A stretch of DNA of 64,000 bases from Macrostomum lignano. Its lineage: Eukaryota. Both the position numbers and the translations under genes were made by a program. Positions 31,106-44,010 of this stretch are shown here, in pieces. The stretch is from positions 248,001 to 312,000 of the forward strand of contig NIVC01000095.1 in assembly GCA_002269645.1 (NCBI GenBank). Reading direction: 5' to 3'. The notes below the pieces were generated by a model. That model made no database searches and was not told the origin of the DNA. It was given only the letters and a program-made list of their open reading frames with translations. Every line of letters begins with the position of its first letter. Position 1 is the first letter of the stretch.

Positions 31106-32972
31106 TCAAGAGCTCCAGTCGAGCATTTGATCGGTGCTAACTGACGATCGCTTAAGCTGACTATTCGTAGCCGGGTTGGTTCGCGAAACTACGCTTTGTC
31201 GGCTGCCTGCAGTCGCTGCCTTGCCTGGGGCGCCGCGGTTGTGCTGCACCACCCAGCCCGGCTTGAAGGGTCTCGTCATCTGCTGCTGCAGCATTCTCAA
31301 CTGATTGTAAGCCAATAGGTAGGCGTTGAAGCCAAGCATAAAGTACATCAGGGCGACAATCACTTCGTTGACTTTGCAATCGTCGATGACATTGTAGTAG
31401 GACATGTCCTGACTAGCGAACTCAACAACCACAATCACCATGGATAGCAAAGGCACTGCCGTCCAGTTGTAGTGCATCCAGACAAAGACCCAGATTCTAT
31501 TACTACCGCTGCCGCTTACGGTGACGCAATAGACGACGTTCCACATTATAACTATATGCTCCGCGGCTACAAAGTACACCCGTTTAGAGCGATACTCCAC
31601 CAAGATGCGATGCTGCGTGATTTGACAGTGTTTAATGATAATTATTGAAAACTGTCCTAACCGCCACATTTTAGAGTATATTCTACATATTTGTATGATT
31701 CCACGAAATTACCTTTCTAACAGAAAAAGGCGCCAGTCTAACACCCTATCTAACAGAAAAAGGCGCCAGTCTAACACTCTATCTAACAGGAACTTATATC
31801 GTTGACTTTGCAACGATAGCACCCATTCACTCTAATTAACACCCTATCTAACGAGAAATGATACCACTCTAACACCCTATCTAACAGGAAATGATACCAC
31901 TCTAACACCCTGTCACCCTATCTAATAGGAAATGATACCACTCTAACACCCTGTCTAACAGTAAATGATACCACTCTAACACACTATCTAACAGGAAATG
32001 ATACCACTTTAACACCCTATCTAATAGGAAATGATACCACTCTAACACCCTATCTAATAGGAAATGATACCACTTTAACACCCTGTCTAACAGTAAATGA
32101 TACCACTCTAACACCCTGTCTAACAGGAAATGATACCATTCTAACAACCTCTTTACGAGGAAATGATACCACTCTAACACCCTATCTTATTAGGAAATGA
32201 TACCACTCTAACACCCTATCTAATAGCAATAGGAAATGATACCACTCTAACACCCTGTCTAACAGGAAATGATACCACTCTAACACCCTGTCTAACAGGA
32301 AATGATACCACTCTAACAACCTCTCTACGAGGAAATGATACCACTCTAACACCCTATCTTAATAGGAAATGATACCACTCTAACACCCTATCTTAATAGG
32401 AAATGATACCACTCTAACACCCTATCTTAATAGGAAATGATACCACTCTAACACCCTGTCTAACAGTAAATGATACCACTCTAACACCCTATCTAATAGG
32501 AAATGATACCACTCTAACACCCTATCTAACAGGAAATGATACCACTCTAACACCCTATCTAATAGGAAATGATACCACTCTATCACCCTATCTAACAGGA
32601 AATGATACCACTCTAACACCCTGTCTAACAGGAAATGATACTACTCCAACACCCTATCTAACAGGAAATGATACCACTCCAACACCCTATCTAACAGAAA
32701 AAGATGCCACTCCAACACCCTGTCTAACAAGAAAGTAAATAAACTTTCAATCAATGTAGTAAACAACCGTTGACAACAACCAGTAGCTATAAACTCACAA
32801 TTGCAATTTCATCCTTGGACAGGTTGGACGAGTCCAACTCGAAATGCGGATCAAGACACAGCATGGTGATGATCACCAGGTGTAACAGCCAAACCCCAGC
32901 GCCTATGGCTCGAATCAGAGTGGCGTAGTGCAACCGGAAACTCTTACGTTTCTCCTGCAGTGAGCCGTCCAT
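31106..32972 (-). CDS. Uncharacterised protein with four predicted TM segments (226 aa)
   Basis: Exons 32972-32799 (ATT|GTGAGT donor, phase 0) and 31612-31106 (CACGCAG acceptor) join in frame. Four hydrophobic stretches and a polar C-tail; family not recognised. Confidence 0.65.
31720..32725. repeat. Minisatellite, 33-bp unit, intron of the 4-TM gene
   Basis: (AACACCCTATCTAACAGGAAATGATACCACTCT)n. Confidence 0.95.
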
Positions 32973-33239
32973 CCTTCGATCCTGGTATAGAGCAGAAAAT
33001 TATGCCACAAGAGTTTTAAATCACTACGAATGACCACAAGCAGCAGTTGAATCTTGCATAGGGAACAAGCATGTAATTTGGAGCAAGTTTGCTTCATATC
33101 TCTATGGTAGAAACCACTGTGGCAAAAATTTGAGCAGTTATTTTGGACATGAAAACAATCATCCAACATTTCCTTGGTGAATAGCCTTTTCTTCCTCGTT
33201 TGTTTAATATGCTTAGTGTTTCATTCGTCTTATTGGTCC

Positions 33240-34465
33240 ATCTGTCTCTTAGATCTGCTTCTACCTCGTACACAGTTAGAATCTGCCTCTCCGCTCTCCC
33301 GCTCTCAACATCCTTGAATCTGCATCTCCGCTCTCCCCTCAACATCCTTGAATCTGCCTCTCCGCTCTCCCCTCAACATCCTTGAATCTGCCTCTCCGCT
33401 CTCCCTCAACATCCTTGAATCTGCCTCTCCGCTCTCTCCTCAACATCCTTGAATCTGCCTCTCCGCTCTCTCCGCTCTCTCCTCAACATCCTTGAATCTG
33501 CCTCTCCGCTCTCTCCTCAGGATCCTTGAATCTGCCTCTCTCTCGCTCTCTCCTCAACATCCTTGAATCTGCCTCTCCGCTCTCTCCTCAGGATCCTTGA
33601 ATCTGCCTCTCCGCTCTCTCCGCTCTCTCCCGCTCAACATCCTTGAATCTGCCTCTCCGCTCTCTCCTCAGGATCCTTGAATCTGCCTCTCCGCTCTCTC
33701 CGCTCTCTCCTCAACATCCTTGAATCTGAATCTTGCCTCTCCGCTCTCTCCGCTCTCTCCTCAACATCCTTGAATCTGCCTCTCCGCTCTCTCCTCAGGA
33801 TCCTTGAATCTGCCTCTCCGCTCTCTCCGCTCTCTCCTCAACATCCTTGAATCTGCCTCTCCGCTCTCTCTCCCTCAACATCCTTGAATCTGCCTCTCCG
33901 CTCTCTCCGCTCTCTCCTCAACATCCTTGAATCTGCCTCTCCGCTCTCTCCTCAGGATCCTTGAATCTGCCTCTCCGCTCTCTCCTCAACATCCTTGAAT
34001 CTGCCTCTCCGCTCTCTCCTCAGGATCCTTGAATCTGCCTCTCCGCTCTCTCCGCTCTCTCCTCAACATCCTTGAATCTGCCTCTCCGCTCTCTCCGCTC
34101 TCTCCTCAACATCCTTGAATCTGCCTCTCCGCTCTCTCCTCAGGATCCTTGAATCTGCCTCTCCGCTCTCTCCTCAACATCTCCTTGAATCTGCCTCTCC
34201 GCTCTCTCCTCAACATCCTTGAATCTGCCTCTCCGCTCTCTCCTCAACATCCTTGAATCTGCCTCTCCGCTCTCCCTCAGGATCCTTGAATCTGCCTCTC
34301 CGCTCTCTCCTCAACATCCTTGAATCTGCCTCTCCGCTCTCTCCTCAGGGCTCCTTGAATCTGCCTCTCCGCTCTCTCCTCAACATCCTTGAATCTGCCT
34401 CTCCGCTCTCCCTCAGGGTCCTTGAATCTGCCTCTCCGCTCTCTCCTCAACATCCTTGAATCTGT
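33240..34465. repeat. Pyrimidine-rich minisatellite, about 33-41-bp unit
   Basis: (TTGAATCTGCCTCTCCGCTCTCTCCTCAACATCC)n. Confidence 0.95.
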
Positions 34466-34705
34466 CTCCCAACTCTCTGAAATCCGCTTATCTGTTTGTG
34501 TCTTCCTAACTGGAGTCTGATTGTAAATTTTACAGCCATGAGCGCATAAGCCATAGACTAACGTTTCAAGCGATTAACAATCTTAGCTTAGTTCCTTTTT
34601 AACATTCTCTCTCTATGTAATGACACTAGGCATGCTTCTTCTACGATATTTTTACAAAAAATACAGAGAGCTAAGCTACAAACTGCGCCAACTGCTACTA
34701 TAACC

Positions 34706-36421
34706 ATGACTTTATACCATTTTCTATTGTTTATCATTTCCGCTCTTCTATCCCTAGTACAGTCAACGTTGGCCCAGCAACAATGCTTGAAAAGTCTCAT
34801 TAAGGAGATTAATACTGTGGTTTCTGGAAAGTTAGTCAAAGTCGGGGTGAGTATAACCTACTTAAACTGATGAGCCATTCTATAACCATTTTCACTCGAG
34901 AGTGAACATTTTTATCTGGCGAAGTATCGGTTTTTTTTAACAAATTGTGTCACACTGATTCGGGGTTACAGTCAATTTATTATAAGACTTTTTGTCCTGG
35001 TCAATTCCTTCATTGTTTTGGCGTTCTTTAGTTTTGGGTGATGATCACCTTCTGTTGTGACGAATCGTCACTGACGATCACCTGCTGTTGTGACGAATCG
35101 TCACTGACGATCACCTGCTGTTGTGACGAATCGTCACTGACGATCACCTACTGTTGTGACGAATCGTCACTGACGATCACCTGCTGTTGTGACGAATCGT
35201 CACTGACGATCACCTACTGTTGTGACGAATCGTCACTGACGATCACCTACTGTTGTGACGAATCGTCACTGACGATCACCTACTGTTGTGACGAATCGTC
35301 ACTGACGATCACCTGCTGTTGTGACGAATCGTCACTGACGATCACCTACTGTTGTGACGGATCGTCACTGACGATCACCTACTGTTGTGACGAATCGTCA
35401 CTGACGATCACCTACTGTTGTGACGAATCGTCACTGACGATCACCTACTGTTGTGACGAATCGTCACTGACAATCACCTACTGTTGTGACGAATCGTCAC
35501 AGACGATCACCTACTGTTGTGACGAATCGTCACAGACGATCAACTACTGGTGCCCTTCTGATATTTTGACAAAAAAATGGCAAGGATACTTTTTAAAATC
35601 AGAGAAAATCCCCAATGGGCAGATGTGCAACCGACAGCTCAGCCACAGCTATTCATGCGCGGTACATCTGAAGGCTGCGTACGGCTGTTCAGTCCAAGGA
35701 CTGGGGGGGGGGGGGGGGTCGCCACACACCCTCAATTCCCTCACCCAGCTAATGCTGGCATCCATTTTACAGCTGAGTGAACTGAAGCAATACAGAGTTA
35801 AGTGTCTTGCTCAAGGACAAACATTGTTCCGAGTGGGTCAAGAATCGAACCCCTGACCTTTCGGTCGCTAGTCCGACGCTCTAACCACTTAGGCTACAGC
35901 CCCTTCCTCTGCGTCTGCGACACGCCTTGTTGGCTCAACCTCTCAATCCCATGTGTTCAACCTGTACAGCTGCTTATCACTCAAAACTGAAAGTGAAAAG
36001 GGCTGCTTAACAATGAGTCGCCATTGCCTCTTATAAATCAAAAAGGCTGTCCCACCTCAATAACACATTGCCTTTATCTCCCGTACAGGTGCAGGAAAAA
36101 TACCAGGTCATCTTCACGTCAACCTTCATATCCGGCCTGTTGTGCGTCCTGTCCATCTGCATCGGCATTGCCACTTACGATTCCGCGTTGAAACGCGACT
36201 GGGTCAAAGAGCTCGAGGAGCACGAGACGGCACGGCACACGGCTAAAGTGCGCGCCGTCTGCGCGCTTCACGGCGTCTCCGCGTGCGCCTGCATGGGCAA
36301 ATACATCCTGGGCAGGGCAGTGGACGGCACCATCACCCAGGAGCAGGATGCCAACGAGCTGTGGGCCCAGCAGATGAAACCGACGGAAGCCAACGAGGAG
36401 TATAGGGATCACGTTGATTAA
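34706..36421 (+). CDS. Uncharacterised small type-I membrane protein (157 aa)
   Basis: Exons 34706-34846 (signal-peptide-like MTLYHFLLFIISALLSLVQSTLA; GGG|GTGAGT donor) and 36089-36421 (CGTACAG acceptor, phase 0). TM-like VIFTSTFISGLLCVLSICIGIA, then a Cys/His-containing tail. Confidence 0.65.
35040..35545. repeat. Minisatellite, 33-bp unit with a palindromic core
   Basis: (ATCACCTACTGTTGTGACGAATCGTCACTGACG)n; core GTGACGA-A-TCGTCAC. Confidence 0.95.
35610..35903 (-). mobile_element. tRNA-derived SINE, copy 2
   Basis: Reverse complement of the 22885 element, including A/B boxes, core and 3' tail. Confidence 0.85.
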
Positions 36422-37223
36422 GCTTGGTTTTTTGTTGCTTGCTTCTACATTTTAGTGGGACGTGAGACGCGATAAATTTACTGCTAAAATAGTATATTCT
36501 ACTCTACAAGTAGTGCAAAGCAAAATATTTTTTGATTGTAAAGTATACAATAACATGTAATTTTGTTATAATATGGAATAACTACATCAGTGTAGAGTGT
36601 CAGCATAAATGAACATTGTATGTTTACTACTAATGACATGTTTTGTTGTACGCCCTTTGCATTGAATCAGACTATATTCCATAAAAAATGACTTTCTACT
36701 GTGTTAGGACACATTATGAAAAAGTCTTGTTCTTTTTTGTTTCGATTTTTCCGTCAAAAAAGATGCAGCGGTTTATCCCTTAATGGTTCGGTGGGTTCGA
36801 TCGCTGTACAGGTACATATAATTCAGACAGATAAATGAATCAGCACAAAAAACTCCTGTAAAAACAAACCGGACAAATTCTGGAGGTATTCGGGAATAAG
36901 CAGATGTACTTTTAGTGAAATTTCCGGATAGTTCCGAAGCAGACCAGAAATAGAGGGGTGGTTTGTTGGTTCCACCACTCGAAAGTACAAGCCTAGAGAT
37001 TTCCTACCCCTCAAGCGCTTCTGTCTGATCAGGACGTCGGTTTATCAAAATTCTGCAGCAGCACTTGAGGGCTACAGTGACCCAATAATAACACTCAAGC
37101 AAGGTCCCTGTCCCTGGCTTTTAATTCCGCTCCGCAGCCGGCCACATATTCATGTGGGCTTTGGGGCTAGTGCACGGAGTCACCGACAACGCCATGACGA
37201 GACGAGACGACGACAACAACTAA

Positions 37224-37398
37224 AGGCCGTTCACATTATTACCACCGACCAGTAGCTCCGCGAGCCAAGATTTCTTTAGAAATCAATTTTAGTTTGTTAT
37301 CAATTTTTAGTATATTGGATGAACCTGAACCAACCTAAACCTAACATTTATTTGAGCAAACTTCAACTAGCGTTACTGTCGTTAATGTGAACCGGCCT
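37224..37398. mobile_element. PIF/Harbinger-like MITE
   Basis: TAA|AGGCCGTTCACATTA...TAATGTGAACCGGCCT|TAA; about 16-bp TIR with one indel and a 3-bp TAA TSD. Confidence 0.7.
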
Positions 37399-38149
37399 TA
37401 ACCTTCAAGTCCTTAAGCCAGGCAAAGTAGGGTATGCACACTGTCTTAAAATTTCAGTGCAGGGCTAATGTACACTTGTACGCACAGAAGTCAGAGAAGT
37501 TTCCTCTCATTTGACTGTACATATGTGGGGTGGTGGGTGCTGGCTATCGATTGTGCCTGCAGTAGGTTTAACCTTAGGCTGTTTTCAGCCACTTTTTGGC
37601 GTGCGCATGTGCGCCGGGGTGGGGGGGGGGTTAACCTCTACCCATTACTGATTTTTAACTGCCACTTTAACAGTGGCGTTTTATGTCCACTTTTAAGCAC
37701 GGGTGGGGTGGATTGGGTTTTATCGATTTTCTAGTCGTCGGCTTCGACCCAGCCTTCCCTACCCCTTTAGCGCCACTAGTGGCGTTTTATTGCCGACTTT
37801 TATTGCCGGGGTGGCGGTCGGATGACACAGCTGGCAGCGCCCATTCCGTTAGGTGTAGGTTGGGGTGAATTTTATCGATCTTATAGATAAAATTGTTATT
37901 GATTTTATCGTCGCCTCTCACAACCCAGCGCAATTTTCTAGAGCGAAATTTCATCTACAAAGGTCACCCGGCCTAGAGTAGAAGTGCCTGCACTGTCCGC
38001 TGGGTGTGGTGGTTATCGATGTCTACTTGAACTCTCAAACAAATTGAACCTTTTAAATACAAAACTTAGCTTACCGATATCGCTTTCAGTTATGCTCGTT
38101 TTGACATGCCTCCAATTTTTTGCGTTTCTCTATTTTCGTATGGTATCTC

Positions 38150-38420
38150 CTTCAGGAGGACTCAAGCCTGGCACACCCCGCGCCTCTTCAGGAACGTCTT
38201 CAATTCAGCTGCCAGAGACGACTTGAAAGTACGCCTGTTCCGCGCGGCTTTGGAGCGCCTTCGCGGCATGGAGGCTGTGCAGTGCCGATAACATCTAGGT
38301 CTGCACTATCCGGAGCGCCTGCCGAACAAGGCCCTGATGGCCCGCGCCGGAGCACCGCTCCTGAGAGCTAACCCTGCGCCGGCGCCGTCAGATACTGTTG
38401 GGCCATTACCTCTGTACCCT
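38150..38420 (+). mobile_element. Degenerate fragment from the C-terminal side of a non-LTR (RTE-like) reverse transcriptase
   Basis: Frameshifted translation RRTQAW...LKVRLFRAALE...GMEAV...NKALMARAG...LRRRRQILLGHYL resembles the post-RT region of RTE-type LINEs. Confidence 0.6.
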
Positions 38421-39127
38421 GGGCCACAGTGCGTCCGTCCTAAACCTACGCTTCGCTAATGTTTAGCCGAGGAAAAAACTTTATATTGATTGAAGGCGCA
38501 CTTGTTGGTTCTAAGTTTAATTTTTTTATAAGATTAAATCTTATAACCTGGGTAGATTACTTACAACACTGTAATTTATTAGCTTTGTACGAACTGGCGT
38601 GGCGTCCTCTTCCCGTAAATGCCATCGAAGGAGCACCAGTAAAGAATTTCTTTCGTGGTGCCAATGTGCCATCTGTTCCGTAATGCATTTTAATTTTGCA
38701 CTTTTTCCTCGCTTGCGCCAGGAAGATGAAGGAATAAGAAAAAATCTAGGAAAATTGCTGCATGGAGGCACGATTCGCTACAGCCGATTTCCCGAAAACT
38801 AGGCGGGGCTGAAAGCGTACGTGAAACTTTCCATTGCCTTCCTCACCCCACCTCTGAGAGAGATTCGGTGCATTCGAGACTTCTAGCCGAGTCGCACTTT
38901 AAGCCTATAGCCCCATACGTACGACTATTCCCTCCTGCAGCTTCACCGCAACTTGTGTCTAATCCGCTCCACCCAGCCAACCAAACAGGAATCTGTGGGT
39001 TAGAAAGGAATCGGGATTGGGGACAGACCGGCAGGATATAGGCAGGCTTACGGAACTACAAGTTGCTGCCTTCGATCGTCCCTAAATTAAAAAATTCTGC
39101 TTGCTTTCTTGCTATCACAAGCAAACC

Positions 39128-40483
39128 ATGTCGACCTCGGAGTGCCGCCAACTTCAGCTGCTTTTGACCGGCGGCCCGCCCTGGGGCTTCCGGCTGCGAG
39201 GCGGCACCAGCCTGTGGGTCCGTCGGGTCCGTCGTCGGAGTCCCGCTCACGCGGCCGGCCTTGTCGAGGGCGACCGTCTGCTGTCGTTGAACGGCAACAA
39301 CGTCGTTGGTAGGAGCCACGCCTTCGCCGCTCAGCTAATCGAACGCGGCGGCGGCGGCAGACGCGGCGCCGGGGTTCTGAGCCTTTGCGTTGAACGTTGG
39401 ATGTCAGTAGGAGCCGGCAGGCTTGACTGGACAGCGGCTTCGTCCAGCCTGGGCGATATTGACAACACAGACACTTGGCAGGACGACTTAAGCGAACTGG
39501 CAGCGGCTGCTACCGTTGCGGAAAACGATTGGTACAATGATCAGGACTTTGAGGAATCGCTCACTCCGGTTCAGGAGCTGCCTGTACCGGAGTTGCCGTT
39601 GAGAGATCTTCTGGCCGAGGTGGGTTTAGCTAGTATTCAAACTGCTCTGCCAAAGAACAAGTTATAAGGGCTCAGGGATCCTGCCCAGTCGGTCATTTTC
39701 CCTTACCAAATTCTATATGATTACGCTGCTAAAATAAACGTTGGTTCTACCGAATAATAACCTAAGATATTAAGTCTCTATTTAAACTCTTTGACTTAGG
39801 CGCCCGGACCAAGCAGCAACGGTTACCATGGAGGAGCTCCAGCTATTCCATTCAACCGATTGGTTCGCGAAGCGACGCCTTTGGTGACGAGGGCGCCAAC
39901 AACTAGCCAGAGGCGTCGGTACGAAGACTCCGCCTACGCCGGCACGCCAGGCTACCCAACTGTCGAGGAGCGAAAGCGAATGGCTCGTCGAGTGGCGCGC
40001 AGCCTCACCGATCCGGTTAACCGCGCCTCTCGCGGCGCCGGGATGTTTGCTGGCCGACGTCAGCGAGCAGACAAGTTCACAGTTGAAGGTCCTGAGCCAA
40101 ATAGCTTCGATTTGGCGTCCACCAAGCCAATAAACGCTATGATCGATACGTCGATAGGCAGCGCGGATAGTCGCGTTATACCCCTGTCCTCCGATGCTTT
40201 CTTACTGCCATCGAAACCGAAAACTGTGGCCGAATACGTCGAACAGGAGCTGCTGGCCGCGCCGAAGCTGACTCACACTGACTACGATCCGGCCAAAGCG
40301 TTCGGACTCGCCGCGGCGCTGCGCCAGGGCAAAGCCGGCCAAGTGCTGGAGAAGCGTCGACAGCGAGCGGAGAAATACGTTGTTGAAGGCTTCGGACACG
40401 GCGCAGCTGATGCCATCCCCGCCTTGGCAGCGGTCGCAGCTGCCACCGGTGGAGGCGACGGTGGAGGCCTATCGGAGCTGTGA
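39128..40483 (+). CDS. PDZ-domain protein with two synaptopodin/myozenin-like motifs (SYNPO2-like, 391 aa)
   Basis: Exons 39128-39619 and 39800-40483 (phase 0). N-terminal PDZ LTGGPPWGFRLRGG...GLVEGDRLLSLNG, plus the motifs SRGAGMFAGRRQRADKFTVE and GKAGQVLEKRRQRAEKYVVE. Confidence 0.75.
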
Positions 40484-42575
40484 TTCTAAGGTAATTTAAC
40501 TTCATAAAAAGGAATATTTTCCTACGAGAAGGGCAAGAAAGACATGGTTGTAATCCAATCTTACCTGGAGTGCAACTAGCTTATGAGTAACGACCAACCA
40601 CCAGTATAACCGTAACCCAACCTGCATATTTTTGTTACCAATTCTTATAAGATTTTTAATTATCTGTCCTACTTCAATGATCTCTTTCTTTTGTTAATAT
40701 GTTTAGGCAATGATGTGGCATAGTGCTTTTTCCCTCTATATATTGATGTTGGGAGCGGAGAGCTTAGGTCTCATTTTTCACTTTCATGCACTCTACGCTC
40801 GTAGCTAGGTCACTTAACTTAACTAGCTATAATCCTCGTAAAGCATTACACTAGACACTACTATTTAACATAGTCAACTAACTAATCCAATACAATATAC
40901 AATATCTATTTAACGTCAACTAATACTTAACTATAGTCCACTGTACACACAAGCTAACATGTACTTCACACTTCTGACTGACACTTCTATTCATGCAATG
41001 TAATATTTATCATGCGTAAAAATTCTCACCTCGCCTGATGTCCTCGACCTTAACCCCTTGTGTTCCGATTTTTGTCCTTTCACAATGCCTTTCCAAAATT
41101 GTTACAGTTTCTACGAAGTAATTTTTTTCAATATTCGTAAACAATAATTCTTTCGGACATTTCAAGGTCATATTTTCTCGCATATTGACCGCTTCAACAC
41201 CAAGCTGGAAAAGCGGCTGCTAGCTGTGGTTCAAATCCTTTGATAAAATCTTTTGGCAATGTCGCACTAGATTTCAGCTTTCCCATTTCATAGCGATACA
41301 GTTCTACGATATACGCTCGTAAAGTACATTTTGTAGCGTTCCTCTAGTAATGAACATGAACATACATGTATGAAGTGCGAAGTTGCGAATTGTACCGTAG
41401 AAAAATATTTTCCGTAAATGTCAACCTAACGCCGCGGGCCAAAAATGAAATTTCTACTGCGCATTAATAATTTGCGGCGGTGAAACGGTGGCATTTGCGC
41501 CATCGAAACTTCGCAGACACTGCAATCGCATCGTATATTTTTTACCAATAGAGATCTACTTCTTAGTCTCAATCTAATTCACAATTTTCATACGAAAGAA
41601 AATAAAATGTCTGAGTTGCAAAGTCTGCAAAGCAGTAAATTTATTTTGTTATAAACAAAGAAAAGATCATAATATAATCAGATACGTCTTACACTATAAC
41701 GAGAAGATAATTTTAACAAAAAGTGCTTACTAAGCCTACATTTTTCAGGCTCGAGGTACAACCAGTGTACTATTCTGTTAATAAAACGCAAAAATTGAAA
41801 TTTCTAAGAAAGACAAAATCAAGTTACGAGACTGTAAAAACAGATAGATAAGGAAGTACACATTGTTCTCTATGTACACAATAGTGAGCGTGTGAGCATG
41901 TCACTTTACAAGCTGGCAACTTACAACCCTGGTTTTTTGCTTTAAAATCATCTGAGTCAAGCTATGGAAATTATATTTACATATAAAATTAGCAGGAAAA
42001 AGTTAATTATTTAATCGATATTGCTAACGCTAATTTGCTATTTGAATTCGCGCGAAAACTCGGTAATTTAATTTTTTTATTTTTTTTCAAAAGTCAATTT
42101 GTGAAAGCTACTTAGTCAGTAAGTAGTAATATAATTTTTGTTTACTTTCTTACTGTTCACTGTAAATTTTAACCTCATTGACACCTGAATTTATAGGCGC
42201 GAACTCAAAAAATAAAACAAATTTCACACAAAGAATTTTTTACAAGACGCTACACTGGATAAATCGGACGAATTTCACTTTCAAGGTCTGAGTTTTTTAC
42301 TGCAAAATGCGAGTTAGGAAGTATTAGGCTATCTAACTTTGAAATATCGGCTACTTAACCTTCTCAATTGCAAGTTGATTTACAGTGTATTAGCCTACTA
42401 TGATTTGTTTTTTTTGCGAATCTTTACTAGGTACATTTAACAATACAACTGCGTTGTTGGCCAACCTATATGCATATTTACCAGAACAAATTCGTCAAAA
42501 TTAACAAAAAATCTACCAAGCAACCTGCAGTGAAATTTGCTCGAATCACCTGGGCGCAGCAGCAGTCATTCTACC

Positions 42576-43070
42576 TTAGTTTCCTGTGCAAGATCCAGCA
42601 ACTTTGCAGCCGCACGAGGCTCCGGAAGACGAGGCAGAAAATGGAGCTTCCAGCAGCAGCAGCTGCCCGTCGAACCTCGTCGACAGTCGTTCCAGATCGG
42701 TGCCACGCGGCGGCTGGAAGGACCGTTGCAGACGTCGCTGAATTTTTTTGCCCGGCCGCTCCTCGCGATGCTCAGCTTCAACCAGCAGGCTGCAGCTGGC
42801 CGCGTCAACTCGGACTCGAGCCTCGTCTGGCGAGAAATCTTCGCCGAGACGAACGGCGGCTTGGTAGACACCGGACGAACCGACCATATGACAACAGGTG
42901 GTCAGGGTCTCGCCTTCGTCAGCCAGATCGCCGTTGCCTTCGTCGCCGAGTTGACTAAACAGTCTATGCTGCATTCTCTGGCGCCGGCTCTCAGTGAGGA
43001 ACTGGCGCATCTCGTCTGCTATGGTCGCATGTGCGGCACTGCTGGTTGCACTGACCGTTTTCGATGCCAT
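42576..43070 (-). CDS. Small heat-shock protein (alpha-crystallin/HSP20 domain), single coding exon, 164 aa
   Basis: YQAAVRLGEDFSPDEARVRV..LLVEAEHREE..RSFQPPRGTDLERLSTRFDGQLLLLEAP matches the ACD strand pattern. Confidence 0.85.
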   Translation of the reverse strand: MASKTVSATSSAAHATIADEMRQFLTESRRQRMQHRLFSQLGDEGNGDLADEGETLTTCCHMVGSSGVYQAAVRLGEDFSPDEARVRVDAASCSLLVEAEHREERPGKKIQRRLQRSFQPPRGTDLERLSTRFDGQLLLLEAPFSASSSGASCGCKVAGSCTGN

Positions 43071-43418
43071 GCCAGCTGCAAATGCGATTCTAGTCTGCTG
43101 CTCTTGGCGAGTATTCTCTGCTTTTTGAGCAACGATGTCTTATATAATCAGGCCTGGAGAGAAAGGGAGTGACAAGTGGCTTCGCAGGAAATTCCAAAGA
43201 CGGGCGTGTAGGGGGTTGGGGGGGGGGGTCAAGAGACCCGCCTTTAAAGCAAGATAATTATCGACTTGGGAGAGAGAGCGAGAGAAAATAATACTAATAG
43301 ATAAAGAGCAGCAATGCCTCAAGAGCTGTTAAATTGCTCAAAGTGAGAGAAGGCCAACTAAAGCGAGATTACGAGCGTATAAATTTTAGCTTGTCTGTCT
43401 AGGTGGTGACAAATTTGG

Positions 43419-43450
<32 letters not shown>

Positions 43451-43649
43451 GCATTTGAACAAAATTTTCTCCATGCGCGCGCATGCTTGCGTTGATTTAA
43501 CTGGATTTGGTAAAATTCTGCACAAGGTGTGAAGCTCAGGTGTGCGGACTGGAAGTATAGTTGCGTCTAAATAGCAATAAAAGCACTCAAATACTGAATG
43601 AAATTCTCAAGCAAGGAGCGGATAGAGGGCTCAGAATATGTTCAGGGGT

Positions 43650-44010
43650 GAGACATGTTCAGTAGGACGGAGACATGTGTAGGAAAGAGACATGTTCAGT
43701 AGGAAAGAGACATGTTCAGTAGGAAAGAGACATGTTCAGTAGGAAAGAGACATGTTCAGTAGGAAAGAGACATGTTCAGTAGGAAAGAGACATGTTCTGT
43801 AAGAAAGAGACATTATCAGCAGAACGGACTCATGAATGCTCATAACATGTTCTGTAAGAAAGAGACATGATCAGCAGAACGGACTCATGAATGCTCATAA
43901 CATGTTCTGTAAGAAAGAGACATGATCAGCAGAACGGACTCATGAATGCTCATAACATGTTCTGTAAGAAAGAGACATGATCAGCAGAACGGACTCATGA
44001 ATGCTCATAA
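43650..44010. repeat. Composite minisatellite: 20-bp unit followed by a 55-bp unit
   Basis: (AGGAAAGAGACATGTTCAGT)n, then (CATGTTCTGTAAGAAAGAGACATGATCAGCAGAACGGACTCATGAATGCTCATAA) repeated 3-4 times. Confidence 0.9.

Noticed and set aside
41051-41080. piggyBac-like TTAA-CCC end
   Set aside because: No matching opposite terminus was found.
42537-43172. 211-aa + strand ORF
   Set aside because: Antisense shadow of the GC-rich sHSP coding sequence, with no recognisable motif.
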